DNA from: the human T2T-CHM13v2.0 reference genome, Homo sapiens
Strand: one strand, 5' to 3'
Length of the DNA stretch: 64,000 bases
NCBI RefSeq assembly: GCF_009914755.1
Contig: NC_060934.1
Each line of letters begins with the position of its first letter. The stretch's first letter is position 1. Positions 25,522 to 39,500 of this stretch are shown here, piece by piece. Under the pieces are notes generated by a model. It did not search any database and was not told the origin of the DNA. It worked only from the letters and a program-made list of their open reading frames with translations. Both the position numbers and the translations under genes were made by a program.

Positions 25522-27559
25522 GTGGAATTTGCTAGTGCAGATTTCAAACGCTTCGAGGACAATGGTAGAAAAGGATATATATTCGTAATAGAATGAGAGA
25601 AAATCATTCTCAGAAAACACTTTGTAATGTGTGCGTTCAACTCACAGAGTTTAACCTTTCTTTTAATCGAGCAGTTTGCAAACACTCTCTTTGTAATGTC
25701 TGCAAGTTGTTAATTGGCCCTCTTTGAGCCCTTCTTTGGAAACGAGATTTCCTCACATAAGGCTTGACAGAAGAATTCTCAGCAACTTCTTTGTGTTGTT
25801 TGTATTCAACTCACGGATTTGAAGCTTCCTTTAGAGAGATCAGATTTGAAACACTCTTTTTTTGGAATTTGCAAGAGCAGATTTCAAGCGCTTCTAGGCC
25901 TATGGCAGAAAAGGAAATATCTTCGTATAAAAACTACACAGAATCATTCTCAAGAACTACTTTGTGATGTGCGCATTCAACTCACAGATTTTAACCTTTC
26001 TTTTAATCGAACAGTTTGGAAACACTCTGTTTGTAAAGTCTGCAAGTGTATATTTGGACTTCTTTGAGGCCTTCGTTGGGAACGGGAGTTTTTCATATGC
26101 TGCTAGACAGAAGAATTCTCAGTCACTTCTTTGTGTTGTGTGTATTCAAGTCACAGAATTGAAACTTCATTTACACAGAGCAGTTTTGAAAAACTCTTTC
26201 TTTGGAATTTGCAAGTGGAGATTACATGCGATTTAAGGCCAATCTTTGAAATGGAAATATCTCCGTGTAAAAACTAGACAGAATCATTCTCAGAAACTAC
26301 TTTGTGATGTGTGCGTTCAACTCACAGGGTTTAACCTTTCTTTTCATAGAGCAGTTTGGAAACACTCTGGTTGTAAAGTCTGCAAGTGCATATTTGGACT
26401 TCTTTGAGACCTTCGTTGGAAATGGGATTTCTTCATATAATGCCAGACAGAAGAATTCTCAGTCACCTCTTTGTGTTGTGTGTATTGATCTCACAGATTT
26501 GAACCTTCCTTTAGACAGAGTAGTTTTGAGAAACTCTTTCTGTGGAATTTGCAAGTGGAGATTACATGCGATTTAAGGCCAATCTTTGAAATGGAAATAT
26601 CTCCGTGTAAAAACTAGACAGAATCATTCTCAGAAACTACTTTGTGATGTGTGCGTTCAACTCACAGGGTTTAACCTTTCTTTTCATAGAGCAGTTTGGA
26701 AACACTCTGGTTGTAAAGTCTGCAAGTGCATATTTGGACTTCTTTGAGACCTTCGTTGGAAATGGGATTTCTTCATATAATGCCAGACAGAAGAATTCTC
26801 AGTCACCTCTTTGTGTTGTGTGTATTGATCTCACAGATTTGAACCTTCCTTTAGACAGAGTAGTTTTGAAAAACTCTTTCTGTGGAATTCGCAAGTGGAG
26901 ATTTCATGTGATTTGAGGCCAAACTTTGAAATGGAAATATCTTCGTGTAAAATTAGACAGAATCATTCTCAGAAACTACTTTGTGATGTGTGCGTTCAGC
27001 TCACAGAGTTTCACCTTTCTTTTCATAGATCAGTTTGGAAAGACTCTCTCTGTAATGTCTGCTACTGAATACTTGGACCCCTTTGAGGTCTTCGTTGGAA
27101 GCGGAATTTTTTCATATACTGCTGGACAGAATAATTCTCAGTAAATCTTTGTGCTGTGTGTATTCAACACACAGAGTTGAACCTTCCTTTATCCAGAGCA
27201 GTTTTGAAACACTCTTTCTGTGGAATTTGCAAGTGGAGATTTCAAGCGATTTGACGCCAATCTCAGTCATGGAAATATCTTCGTAGTAAAACTACACAGA
27301 GTCATTCGCAGAAACTAGTTTCAGATGTGTGCCTTCAACTCACAGAATTTAACCTTTCTTTTAATAGAGCAGTTTGGAAACACTCCATTTGTAAAGTCTG
27401 CAAGTGGATATTTGGACCTCTCTGAGGCCTTCGTTGGAAACGGGATTTCTTCATATAACGCTAGACAGAAGAATTCTCAGTAACTTCTTTGTGTTGTGTG
27501 TATTCAACTCACAGGGTTGAACCTTTCTTTACAGAGAGCAAATTTGAAACATTCTTTCC
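25522..27559 (+). repeat. 12-mer HOR variant type 1 (2038 bp), with the extra dimer present twice; related copy at 36726-38763
   Basis: Anchor spacing is 2038 bp. The GGAGATTACATGCG...CTCTGGTTG dimer occurs twice, 340 bp apart (ORF-track echoes at 26304 and 26644; 37508 and 37848). Confidence 0.88.
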
Positions 27560-30500
27560 ATGGAATTTGCTAGTGCAGATTTCAAACGCTTCGAGGACAA
27601 TGGTAGAAAAGGATATATCTTCGTATTAGAACGAGAGAAAATCATTCTCAGAAAACACTTTGTAATGTGTGCGTTCAACTCACAGAGTTTAACCTTTCTT
27701 TTAATCGAGCAGTTTGGAAACACTGTCTTTGTAATGTCTGCAAGTGGTTAATTGGCCCTCTTTGAGCCCGTCTTTGGAAACGAGATTTCCTCACATAAGG
27801 CTAGACAGAAGAATTCTCAGTAACTTCTTTGTGTTGTTTGTATTCAACTCACGGATTTGAACCTTCCTTTAGAGAGATCAGATTTGAAACACTCTTTTTT
27901 TGGAATTTGCAAGTGCAGACTTCAAGCGCTTCTGGGCCTATGGCACAAAAGGAAATATCTTCGTATAAAAACTACACAGAATCATTCTCAAGAACCACTT
28001 TGTGATGTGTGCGTTCAACTCACAGATTTTAACCTTTCTTTTAATCGAGCAGTTTGGAAACACTCTGTTTGTAAAGTCTGCAAATGCGTATTTGGACTTC
28101 TTTGAGGCCTTCATTGGAAACGGGATTTCTTCATATAATGCTAGACAGAAGAATTCTCAGTCACCTCTTTGTGTTGTGTGTATTGATCTCACAGATTTGA
28201 ACCTTCCTTTAGACAGAGCAGTTTTGAAAAACTATTTCTGTGGAATTTGCAAGTGGAGATTACATGCGGTTTAAGGCCAATCTTTGAAATGGAAATATCT
28301 CCGTGTAAAAACTAGACAGAATCATTCTCAGAAACTACTTTGTGATGTGTGCGTTCAACTCACAGGGTTTAACCTTTCTTTTCATAGAGCAGTTTGGAAA
28401 CACTCTGGTTGTAAAGTCTGCAAGTGCATATTTGGACTTCTTTGAGGCCTTCGTTGGAAATGGGATTTCTTCATATAATGCCAAACAGAAGAATTCTCAG
28501 TCACCTCTTTGTGTTGTGTGTATTGATCTCACAGATTTGAACCTTCCTTTAGACAGAGTAGTTTGAAAAACTCTTTCTGTGGAATTCGCAAGTGGAGATT
28601 TCATGTGATTTGAGGCCAATCTTTGAAATGGAAATATCTTCGTGTAAAATTAGACAGAATCATTCTCAGAAACTACTTTGTGATGTGTGCGTTCAGCTCA
28701 CAGAGTTCCACCTTTCTTTTCACAGATCAGTTTGGAAAGACTCTCTCTGTAATGTCTGCTACTTAATACTTGGACCCCTTTGAGGTCTTCGTTGGAAGAG
28801 GAACTTTTTCATATACTGCTGGACAGAATAATTCTCAGTAAATCTTTGTGCTGTGTGTATTCAACACACAGAGTTGAACCTTCCTTTATCCAGAGCAGTT
28901 TTGAAACACTCTTTCTGTGGAATTTGCAAGTGGAGATTTCAAGCGATTTGACGCCAATCTTAGTCATGGTAATATCTTCGTAGTAAAACTACACAGAGTC
29001 ATTCACAGAAACTAGTTTCTGATGTGTGCCTTCAACTCACAGAATTTAACCTTTCTTTTAATAGAGCAGTTTGTAAACACTCCATTTGTAAAGTCTGCAA
29101 GTGGATAATTGGACCTCTCTGAGTCCTTCGTTGGAAACGGGATTTCTTCATATAACGCTAGACAGAAGAATTCTCAGTAACTTCTTTGTGTTGTGTGTAT
29201 TCAACTCACAGGGTTGAACCTTTCTTTACAGAGAGCAGATTTGAAACATTCTTTCCGTGGAATTTGCTAGTGCAGATTTCAAACGCTTTGAGGACAATGG
29301 TAGAAAAGGATATATCTTCGTATTAGAACGAGAGAAAATCATTCTCAGAAAACACTTTGTAATGTGTGCGTTCAACTCACAGAGTTTAACCTTTCTTTTA
29401 ACTGAGCAGTTTGGAAACACTGTCTTTGTAATGTATGCAAGTGGTTAATTGGCCCTCTTTGAGCCCTTCTTTGGAAACGAGATTTCCTCATATAATGCTA
29501 GACAGAAGAATTCTCAGTAACTTCTTTGTGTTGTTTGTATTCAACTCACGGATTTGAACCTTCCTTTAGAGAGAGCAGATTTGAAACACTCTTTTTTTGG
29601 AATTTGCAAGTGCAGACTTCAAGCGCTTCTGGGCCTATGGCAGAAAAGGAAATATCTTCGTATAAAAACTACACAGAATCATTCTCAAGAACCACTTTGT
29701 GATGTGTGCGTTCAACTCACAGATTTTAACCTTTCTTTTAATCGAGCAGTTTGGAAACACTCTGTTTGTAAAGTCTGCAAGTGCATATTTGGACTTCTTT
29801 GAGGCCTTCATTGGAAACGGGATTTCTTCATATAATGCTAGACAGAAGAATTCTCAGTCACCTCTTTGTGTTGTGTGTATTGATCTCACAGATTTGAACC
29901 TTCCTTTAGACAGAGCAGTTTTGAAAAACTCTTTCTGTGGAATTTGCAAGTGGAGATTTCAAGTGATTTGAGGGCAATCTTTGAAATGGAAATATCTTTG
30001 TGTAAAATTAGACAGAATCATTGTCAGAAACTACTTTGTGATGTGTGCGTTCAGCTCACAGAGTTTCACCTTTCTTTTCATAGAGCAGTTTGGAAAGACT
30101 CTGTTTGTAATGTCTGCTAGTGAATACTTGGACCCCTTTGAGGCCTTCGTTAGAAGCGGAATTTTTTCATATACTGCTAGACAGAAGAATTCTCAGTAAA
30201 TCTTTGTGCTGTGTGTATTCAACACACAGAGTTGAACCTTCCTTTATCCAGAGCAGTTTTGAAACACTCTTTCTGTGGAATTTGCAAGTGGAGATTTCAA
30301 GCGATTTGACGCCAATCTTAGTCATGGAAATACCTTCGTAGTAAAACTACACAGAGTCTTTCGCAGAAACTACATTCTGATGTGTGCCTTCAACTCACAG
30401 AATTTAACCTTTCTTTTAATAGAGCAGTTTGGAAACACTCCATTTGTAAAGTCTGCAAGTGGATATTTGGACCTCTCTGAGGCCTTCGTTGGAAACGGGA

Positions 30501-33500
30501 TTTCTTCATATAACGCTAGACAGAAGAATTCTCAGTAACTTCTTTGTGTTGTGTGTATTCAACTCACAGGGTTGAACCTTTCTTTACAGAGAGCAGATTT
30601 GAAACATTCTTTCCATGGAATTTGCTAGTGCAGATTTCAAACGCTTCGAGGACAATGGTAGAAAAGGATATATCTTCGTATTAGAACGAGAGAAAATCAT
30701 TCTCAGAAAACACTTTGTAATGTGTGCGTTCAACTCACAGAGTTTAACCTTTCTTTTAATCGAGCAGTTTGGAAACACTGTCTTTGTAATGTCTGCAAGT
30801 GGTTAATTGGCCCTCTTTGAGCCCGTCTTTGGAAACGAGATTTCCTCACATAAGGCTAGACAGAAGAATTCTCAGTAACTTCTTTGTGTTGTTTGTATTC
30901 AACTCACGGATTTGAACCTTCCTTTAGAGAGATCAGATTTGAAACACTCTTTTTTTGGAATTTGCAAGTGCAGACTTCAAGCGCTTCTGGGCCTATGGCA
31001 CAAAAGGAAATATCTTCGGATAAAAACTACACAGAATCATTCTCAAGAACCACTTTGTGATGTGTGCGTTCAACTCACAGATTTTAACCTTTCTTTTAAT
31101 CGAGCAGTTTGGAAACACTCTGTTTGTAAAGTCTGCAAGTGCGTATTTGGACTTCTTTGAGGCCTTCATTGGAAACGGGATTTCTTCATATAATGCTAGA
31201 CAGAAGAATTCTCAGTCACCTCTTTGTGTTGTGTGTATTGATCTCACAGATTTGAACCTTCCTTTAGACAGAGCAGTTTTGAAAAACTATTTCTGTGGAA
31301 TTTGCAAGTGGAGATTACATGCGGTTTAAGGCCAATCTTTGAAATGGAAATATCTCCGTGTAAAAACTAGACAGAATCATTCTCAGAAACTACTTTGTGA
31401 TGTGTGCGTTCAACTCACAGGGTTTAACCTTTCTTTTCATAGAGCAGTTTGGAAACACTCTGGTTGTAAAGTCTGCAAGTGCATATTTGGACTTCTTTGA
31501 GGCCTTCGTTGGAAATGGGATTTCTTCATATAATGCCAAACAGAAGAATTCTCAGTCACCCCTTTGTGTTGTGTGTATTGATCTCACAGATTTGAACCTT
31601 CCTTTAGACAGAGTAGTTTTGAAAAACTCTTTCTGTGGAATTCGCAAGTGGAGATTTCATGTGATTTGAGGCCAATCTTTGAAATGGAAATATCTTCGTG
31701 TAAAATTAGACAGAATCATTCTCAGAAACTACTTTGTGATGTGTGCGTTCAGCTCACAGAGTTCCACCTTTCTTTTCACAGATCAGTTTGGAAAGACTCT
31801 CTCTGTAATGTCTGCTACTTAATACTTGGACCCCTTTGAGGTCTTCGTTGGAAGAGGAACTTTTTCATATACTGCTGGACAGAATAATTCTCAGTAAATC
31901 TTTGTGCTGTGTGTATTCAACACACAGAGTTGAACCTTCCTTTATCCAGAGCAGTTTTGAAACACTCTTTCTGTGGAATTTGCAAGTGGAGATTTCAAGC
32001 GATTTGACGCCAATCTTAGTCATGGTAATATCTTCGTAGTAAAACTACACAGAGTCATTCGCAGAAACTAGTTTCTGATGTGTGCCTTCAACTCACAGAA
32101 TTTAACCTTTCTTTTAATAGAGCAGTTTGTAAACACTCCATTTGTAAAGTCTGCAAGTGGATAATTGGACCTCTCTGAGTCCTTCGTTGGAAACGGGATT
32201 TCTTCATATAACGCTAGACAGAAGAATTCTCAGTAACTTCTTTGTGTTGTGTGTATTCAACTCACAGGGTTGAACCTTTCTTTACAGAGAGCAGATTTGA
32301 AACATTCTTTCCGTGGAATTTGCTAGTGCAGATTTCAAACGCTTCGAGGACAATGGTAGAAAGGGATATATCTTCGTATTAGAACGAGAGAAAATCATTC
32401 TCAGAAAACACTTTGTAATGTGTGCGTTCAACTCACAGAGTTTAACCTTTCTTTTAACTGAGCAGTTTGGAAACACTGTCTTTGTAATGTATGCAAGTGG
32501 TTAATTGGCCCTCTTTGAGCCCTTCTTTGGAAACGAGATTTCCTCATATAATGCTAGACAGAAGAATTCTCAGTAACTTCTTTGTGTTGTTTGTATTCAA
32601 CTCACGGATTTGAACCTTCCTTTAGAGAGAGCAGATTTGAAACACTCTTTTTTTGGAATTTGCAAGTGCAGACTTCAAGCGCTTCTGGGCCTATGGCAGA
32701 AAAGGAAATATCTTCGTATAAAAACTACACAGAATCATTCTCAAGAACCACTTTGTGATGTGTGCGTTCAACTCACAGATTTTAACCTTTCTTTTAATCG
32801 AGCAGTTTGGAAACACTCTGTTTGTAAAGTCTGCAAGTGCATATTTGGACTTCTTTGAGGCCTTCATTGGAAACGGGATTTCTTCATATAATGCTAGACA
32901 GAAGAATTCTCAGTCACCTCTTTGTGTTGTGTGTATTGATCTCACAGATTTGAACCTTCCTTTAGACAGAGCAGTTTTGAAAAACTCTTTCTGTGGAATT
33001 TGCAAGTGGAGATTTCAAGTGATTTGAGGGCAATCTTTGAAATGGAAATATCTTCGTGTAAAATTAGACAGAATCATTGTCAGAAACTACTTTGTGATGT
33101 GTGCGTTCAGCTCACAGAGTTTCACCTTTCTTTTCATAGAGCAGTTTGGAAAGACTCTGTTTGTAATGTCTGCTAGTGAATACTTGGACCCCTTTGAGGC
33201 CTTCGTTAGAAGCGGAATTTTTTCATATACTGCTAGACAGAAGAATTCTCAGTAAATCTTTGTGCTGTGTGTATTCAACACACAGAGTTGAACCTTCCTT
33301 TATCCAGAGCAGTTTTGAAACACTCTTTCTGTGGAATTTGCAAGTGGAGATTTCAAGCGATTTGACGCCAATCTTAGTCATGGAAATACCTTCGTAGTAA
33401 AACTACACAGAGTCTTTCGCAGAAACTACATTCTGATGTGTGCCTTCAACTCACAGAATTTAACCTTTCTTTTAATAGAGCAGTTTGGAAACACTCCATT

Positions 33501-36500
33501 TGTAAAGTCTGCAAGTGGATATTTGGACCTCTCTGAGGCCTTCGTTGGAAACGGGATTTCTTCATATAACGCTAGACAGAAGAATTCTCAGTAACTTCTT
33601 TGTGTTGTGTGTATTCAACTCACAGGGTTGAACCTTTCTTTACAGAGAGCAGATTTGAAACATTCTTTCCATGGAATTTGCTAGTGCAGATTTCAAACGC
33701 TTCGAGGACAATGGTAGAAAAGGATATATCTTCGTATTAGAACGAGAGAAAATCATTCTCAGAAAACACTTTGTAATGTGTGCGTTCAACTCACAGAGTT
33801 TAACCTTTCTTTTAATCGAGCAGTTTGGAAACACTGTCTTTGTAATGTCTGCAAGTGGTTAATTGGCCCTCTTTGAGCCCGTCTTTGGAAACGAGATTTC
33901 CTCACATAAGGCTAGACAGAAGAATTCTCAGTAACTTCTTTGTGTTGTTTGTATTCAACTCACGGATTTGAACCTTCCTTTAGAGAGATCAGATTTGAAA
34001 CACTCTTTTTTTGGAATTTGCAAGTGCAGACTTCAAGCGCTTCTGGGCCTATGGCACAAAAGGAAATATCTTCGTATAAAAACTACACAGAATCATTCTC
34101 AAGAACCACTTTGTGATGTGTGCGTTCAACTCACAGATTTTAACCTTTCTTTTAATCGAGCAGTTTGGAAACACTCTGTTTGTAAAGTCTGCAAGTGCGT
34201 ATTTGGACTTCTTTGAGGCCTTCATTGGAAACGGGATTTCTTCATATAATGCTAGACAGAAGAATTCTCAGTCACCTCTTTGTGTTGTGTGTATTGATCT
34301 CACAGATTTGAACCTTCCTTTAGACAGAGCAGTTTTGAAAAACTATTTCTGTGGAATTTGCAAGTGGAGATTACATGCGGTTTAAGGCCAATCTTTGAAA
34401 TGGAAATATCTCCGTGTAAAAACTAGACAGAATCATTCTCAGAAACTACTTTGTGATGTGTGCGTTCAACTCACAGGGTTTAACCTTTCTTTTCATAGAG
34501 CAGTTTGGAAACACTCTGGTTGTAAAGTCTGCAAGTGCATATTTGGACTTCTTTGAGGCCTTCGTTGGAAATGGGATTTCTTCATATAATGCCAAACAGA
34601 AGAATTCTCAGTCACCTCTTTGTGTTGTGTGTATTGATCTCACAGATTTGAACCTTCCTTTAGACAGAGTAGTTTTGAAAAACTCTTTCTGTGGAATTCG
34701 CAAGTGGAGATTTCATGTGATTTGAGGCCAATCTTTGAAATGGAAATATCTTCGTGTAAAATTAGACAGAATCATTCTCAGAAACTACTTTGTGATGTGT
34801 GCGTTCAGCTCACAGAGTTCCACCTTTCTTTTCACAGATCAGTTTGGAAAGACTCTCTCTGTAATGTCTGCTACTTAATACTTGGACCCCTTTGAGGTCT
34901 TCGTTGGAAGAGGAACTTTTTCATATACTGCTGGACAGAATAATTCTCAGTAAATCTTTGTGCTGTGTGTATTCAACACACAGAGTTGAACCTTCCTTTA
35001 TCCAGAGCAGTTTTGAAACACTCTTTCTGTGGAATTTGCAAGTGGAGATTTCAAGCGATTTGACGCCAATCTTAGTCATGGAAATATCTTCGTAGTAAAA
35101 CTACACAGAGTCATTCGCAGAAACTAGTTTCTGATGTGTGCCTTCAACTCACAGAATTTAACCTTTCTTTTAATAGAGCAGTTCGTAAACACTCCATTTG
35201 TAAAGTCTGCAAGTGGATATTTGGACCTCTCTGAGGCCTTCGTTCGAAACGGGATTTCTTCATATAACGCTAGACAGAAGAATTCTCACTAACTTCTTTG
35301 TGTTGTGTGTATTCAACTCACAGGGTTGAACCTTTCTTTACAGAGAGCAGATTTGAAACATTCTTTCCGTGGAATTTGCTAGTGCAGATTTCAAACGCTT
35401 TGAGGACAATGGTAGAAAAGGATATATCTTCGTATTAGAACGAGAGAAAATCATTCTCAGAAAACACTTTGTAATGTGTGCGTTCAACTCACAGAGTTTA
35501 ACCTTTCTTTTAACTGAGCAGTTTGGAAACACTGTCTTTGTAATGTATGTAAGTGGTTAATTGGCCCTCTTTGAGCCCTTCTTTGGAAACGAGATTTCCT
35601 CATATAATGCTAGACAGAAGAATTCTCAGTAACTTCTTTGTGTTGTTTGTATTCAACTCACGGATTTGAACCTTCCTTTAGAGAGAGCAGATTTGAAACA
35701 CTCTTTTTTTGGAATTTGCAAGTGCAGACTTCAAGCGCTTCTGGGCCTATGGCAGAAAAGGAAATATCTTCGTATAAAAACTACACAGAATCATTCTCAA
35801 GAACCACTTTGTGATGTGTGCGTTCAACTCACAGATTTTAACCTTTCTTTTAATCGAGCAGTTTGGAAACACTCTGTTTGTAAAGTCTGCAAGTGCATAT
35901 TTGGACTTCTTTGAGGCCTTCATTGGAAACGGGATTTCTTCATATAATGCTAGACAGAAGAATTCTCAGTCACCTCTTTGTGTTGTGTGTATTGATCTCA
36001 CAGATTTGAGCCTTCCTTTAGACAGAGCAGTTTTGAAAATCTCTTTCTGTGGAATTAGCAAGTGGAGATTTCAAGTGATTTGAGGCCAATCTTTGAAATG
36101 GAAATATCTTCGTGTAAAATTAGACAGAATCATTGTCAGAAACTACTTTGTGATGTGTGCTTTCAGCTCACAGAGTTTCACCTTTCTTTTCATAGAGCAG
36201 TTTGGAAAGACTCTGTTTGTAATGTCTGCTAGTGAATACTTGGACCCCTTTGAGGCCTTCGTTAGAAGCGGAATTTTTTATATACTGCTAGACAGAAGAA
36301 TTCTCAGTAAATCTTTCTGCTGTGTGTATTCAACACACAGAGTTGAACCATCCTTTATCCTGAGCAGTTTTGAAACACTCTTTGTGTGGAATTTGCAAGT
36401 GGAGAATTCAAGCGATTTGAGGCCAATCTTAGACATGGAAATATCTTCGTAGTAAAACTACACAGAGTCATTCGCAGAAACTAGTTTCTGATGTGTGCCT

Positions 36501-39500
36501 TCAACTCACAGAGTTTAATCTTTCCTTTAATAGAGCAGTTTGGAAACACTCCATTTGTAAAGTCTGCAAGTGCTTATTTGGACCTCTCTGAGGCCTTCGT
36601 TGGAAACGGGATTGCTTCATATAATGCTAGACAGAAGAATTCTCAGTAACTTCTTTGTGTTGTGTGTATTCAACTCACAGGGTTGAACCTTTCTTTACAG
36701 AGAGCAGATTTGAAACATTCTTTCCGTGGAATTTGCTAGTGCAGATTTCAAACGCTTCGAGGACAATGGTAGAAAAGGATATATCTTCGTATTAGAATGA
36801 GAGAAAAGCATTCTCAGAAAACACTTTGTAATGTGTGCGTTCAACTCACAGAGTTTAACCTTTCTTTTAATCGAGCAGTTTGCAAACACTCTCTTTGTAA
36901 TGTCTGCAAGTTGTTAATTGGCCCTCTTTGAGCCCTTCTTTGGAAACGAGATTTCCTCACATAAGGCTTGACAGAAGAATTCTCAGCAACTTCTTTGTGT
37001 TGTTTGTATTCAACTCACGGATTTGAAGCTTCCTTTAGAGAGAGCAGATTTGAAACTCTCTTTTTTTGGAATTTGCAAGAGCAGATTTCAAGCGCTTCTA
37101 GGCCTATGGCAGAAAAGGAAATATCTTCGTATAAAAACTACACAGAATCATTCTCAAGAACTACTTTGTGATGTGTGCATTCAACTCACAGATTTTAACC
37201 TTTCTTTTAATCGAACAGTTTGGAAACACTCTGTTTGTAAAGTCTGCAAGTGTATATTTGGACTTCTTTGAGGCCTTCGTTGGGAACGGGAGTTCTTCAT
37301 ATGCTGCTAGACAGAAGAATTCTCAGTCACTTCTTTGTGTTGTGTGTATTCAAGTCACAGAATTGAACCTTCATTTAGACAGAGCAGTTTTGAAAAACTC
37401 TTTCTGTGGAATTTGCAAGTGGAGATTACATGCGATTTAAGGCCAATCTTTGAAATGGAAATATCTCCGTGTAAAAACTAGACAGAATCATTCTCAGAAA
37501 CTACTTTGTGATGTGTGCGTTCAACTCACAGGGTTTAACCTTTCTTTTCATAGAGCAGTTTGGAAACACTCTGGTTGTAAAGTCTGCAAGTGCATATTTG
37601 GACTTCTTTGAGACCTTTGTTGGAAATGGGATTTCTTCATATAATGCCAGACAGAAGAATTCTCAGTCACCTCTTTGTGTTGTGTGTATTGATCTCACAG
37701 ATTTGAACCTTCCTTTAGACAGAGTAGTTTTGAGAAACTCTTTCTGTGGAATTTGCAAGTGGAGATTACATGCGATTTAAGGCCAATCTTTGAAATGGAA
37801 ATATCTCTGTGTAAAAACTAGACAGAAACATTCTCAGAAACTACTTTGTGATGTGTGTGTTCAACTCACAGGGTTTAACCTTTCTTTTCATAGAGCAATT
37901 TGGAAACACTCTGGTTGTAAAGTCTGCAAGTGCATATTTGGACTTCTTTGAGGCCTTCATTGGAAACGGGATTTCTTCATATAATGCTAGACAGAAGAAT
38001 TCTCAGTCACCTCTTTGTGTTGTGTGTATTAATCTCACAGATTTGAACCTTCCTTTAGACAGAGCAGTTTTGAAAAACTCTTTCTGTGGAATTTGCAAGT
38101 GGAGATTTCAAGTGATTTGAGGCCAATCTTTGAAATGGAAATATCTTCGTGTAAAATTAGACAGAATCATTGTCAGAAACTAGTTTGTGATGTGTGCGTT
38201 CAGCTCACAGAGTTTCACCTTTCTTTTCATAGAGCAGTTTGTAAAGACTCTCTTTGTAATGTCTGCTAGTGAATACTTGGACCCCTTTGAGGCCTTCGTT
38301 AGAAGCGGAATTTTTTCATATACTGCTAGACAGAAGAATTCTCAGTAAATCTTTGTGCTGTGTGTATTCAACACACAGAGTTGAACCTTCCTTTATCCAG
38401 AGCAGTTTTGAAACACTCTTTCTGTGGAATTTGCAAGTGGAGATTTCAAGCGATTTGACGCCAATCTTAGTCATGGAAATATCTTCGTAGTAAAACTACA
38501 CAGAGTCATTCGCAGAAACTAGTTTCTGATGTGTGCCTTCAACCCACAGAATTTAACCTTTCTTTTAATAGAGCAGTTTGGAAACACTCCATTTGTAAAG
38601 TCTGCAAGTGGATATTTGGACCTCTCTGAGGCCTTCGTTCGAAACGGGATTTCTTCATATAACGCTAGACAGAAGAATTCTCACTAACTTCTTTGTGTTG
38701 TGTGTATTCAACTCACAGGGTTGAACCTTTCTTTACAGAGAGCAGATTTGAAACATTCTTTCCGTGGAATTTGCTAGTGCAGATTTCAAACGCTTCGAGG
38801 ACAATGGTAGAAAAGGATATATCTTCGTATTAGAACGAGAGAAAATCATTCTCAGAAAACACTTTGTAATGTGTGCGTTCAACTCACAGAGTTTAACCTT
38901 TCTTTTAATCGAGCACTTTGGAAACACTGTCTTTGTAATGTCAGCAAGTCGTTAATTGGCCCTCTTTGAGCCCGTCTTTGGAAACGAGATTTCCTCATAT
39001 AATGCTAGACAGAAGAATTCTCAGTAACTTCTTTGTGTTGTTTGTATTCAATTCACGGATTTGAACCTTCCTTTAGAGAGAGCAGATTTGATACACACTT
39101 TTTTTGGAATTTGCAAGTGCAGACTTCAAGCGCTTCTGGGCCTATGGCAGAAAAGGAAATATCTTCGTATAAAAACTACACAGAATCATTCTCAAGAACG
39201 ACTTTGTGATGTGTGCATTCAACTCACAGATTTTAACCTTTCTTTTAATCGAGCAGTTTGGAAACACTCTGTTTGTAAAGTCTGCAAGTGCATATTTGGA
39301 CTTCTTTGAGGCCTTCATTGGAAACGGGATTCCTTCATATAATGCTAGACAGAAGAATTCTCAGTCACCTCTTTGTGTTGTGTGTATCGATCTCACAGAT
39401 TTGAACCTTCCTTTAGACAGGGCAGTTTTGAAAAACTCTTTCTGTGGAATTTGCAAGTGGAGATTTCAAGTGATTTGAGGCCAATCCTTGAAATGGAAAT

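Larger units (their letters stand above)
21108..38763 (+). repeat. Super-repeat block 2: 8-10-8-12-10 | 8-10-8-10-8-12, with offsets of ~8149, ~3056 and ~11204 bp
   Basis: GAGGGCAATC and CTACATTCTG markers occur in the units at 21108, 29257 and 32313. TTCCATGG, GGCACAAAAGG and GAAGAGGAAC markers occur in the units at 22467, 27560, 30615 and 33671. The units at 24165/25522 match those at 35369/36726. Confidence 0.82.
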
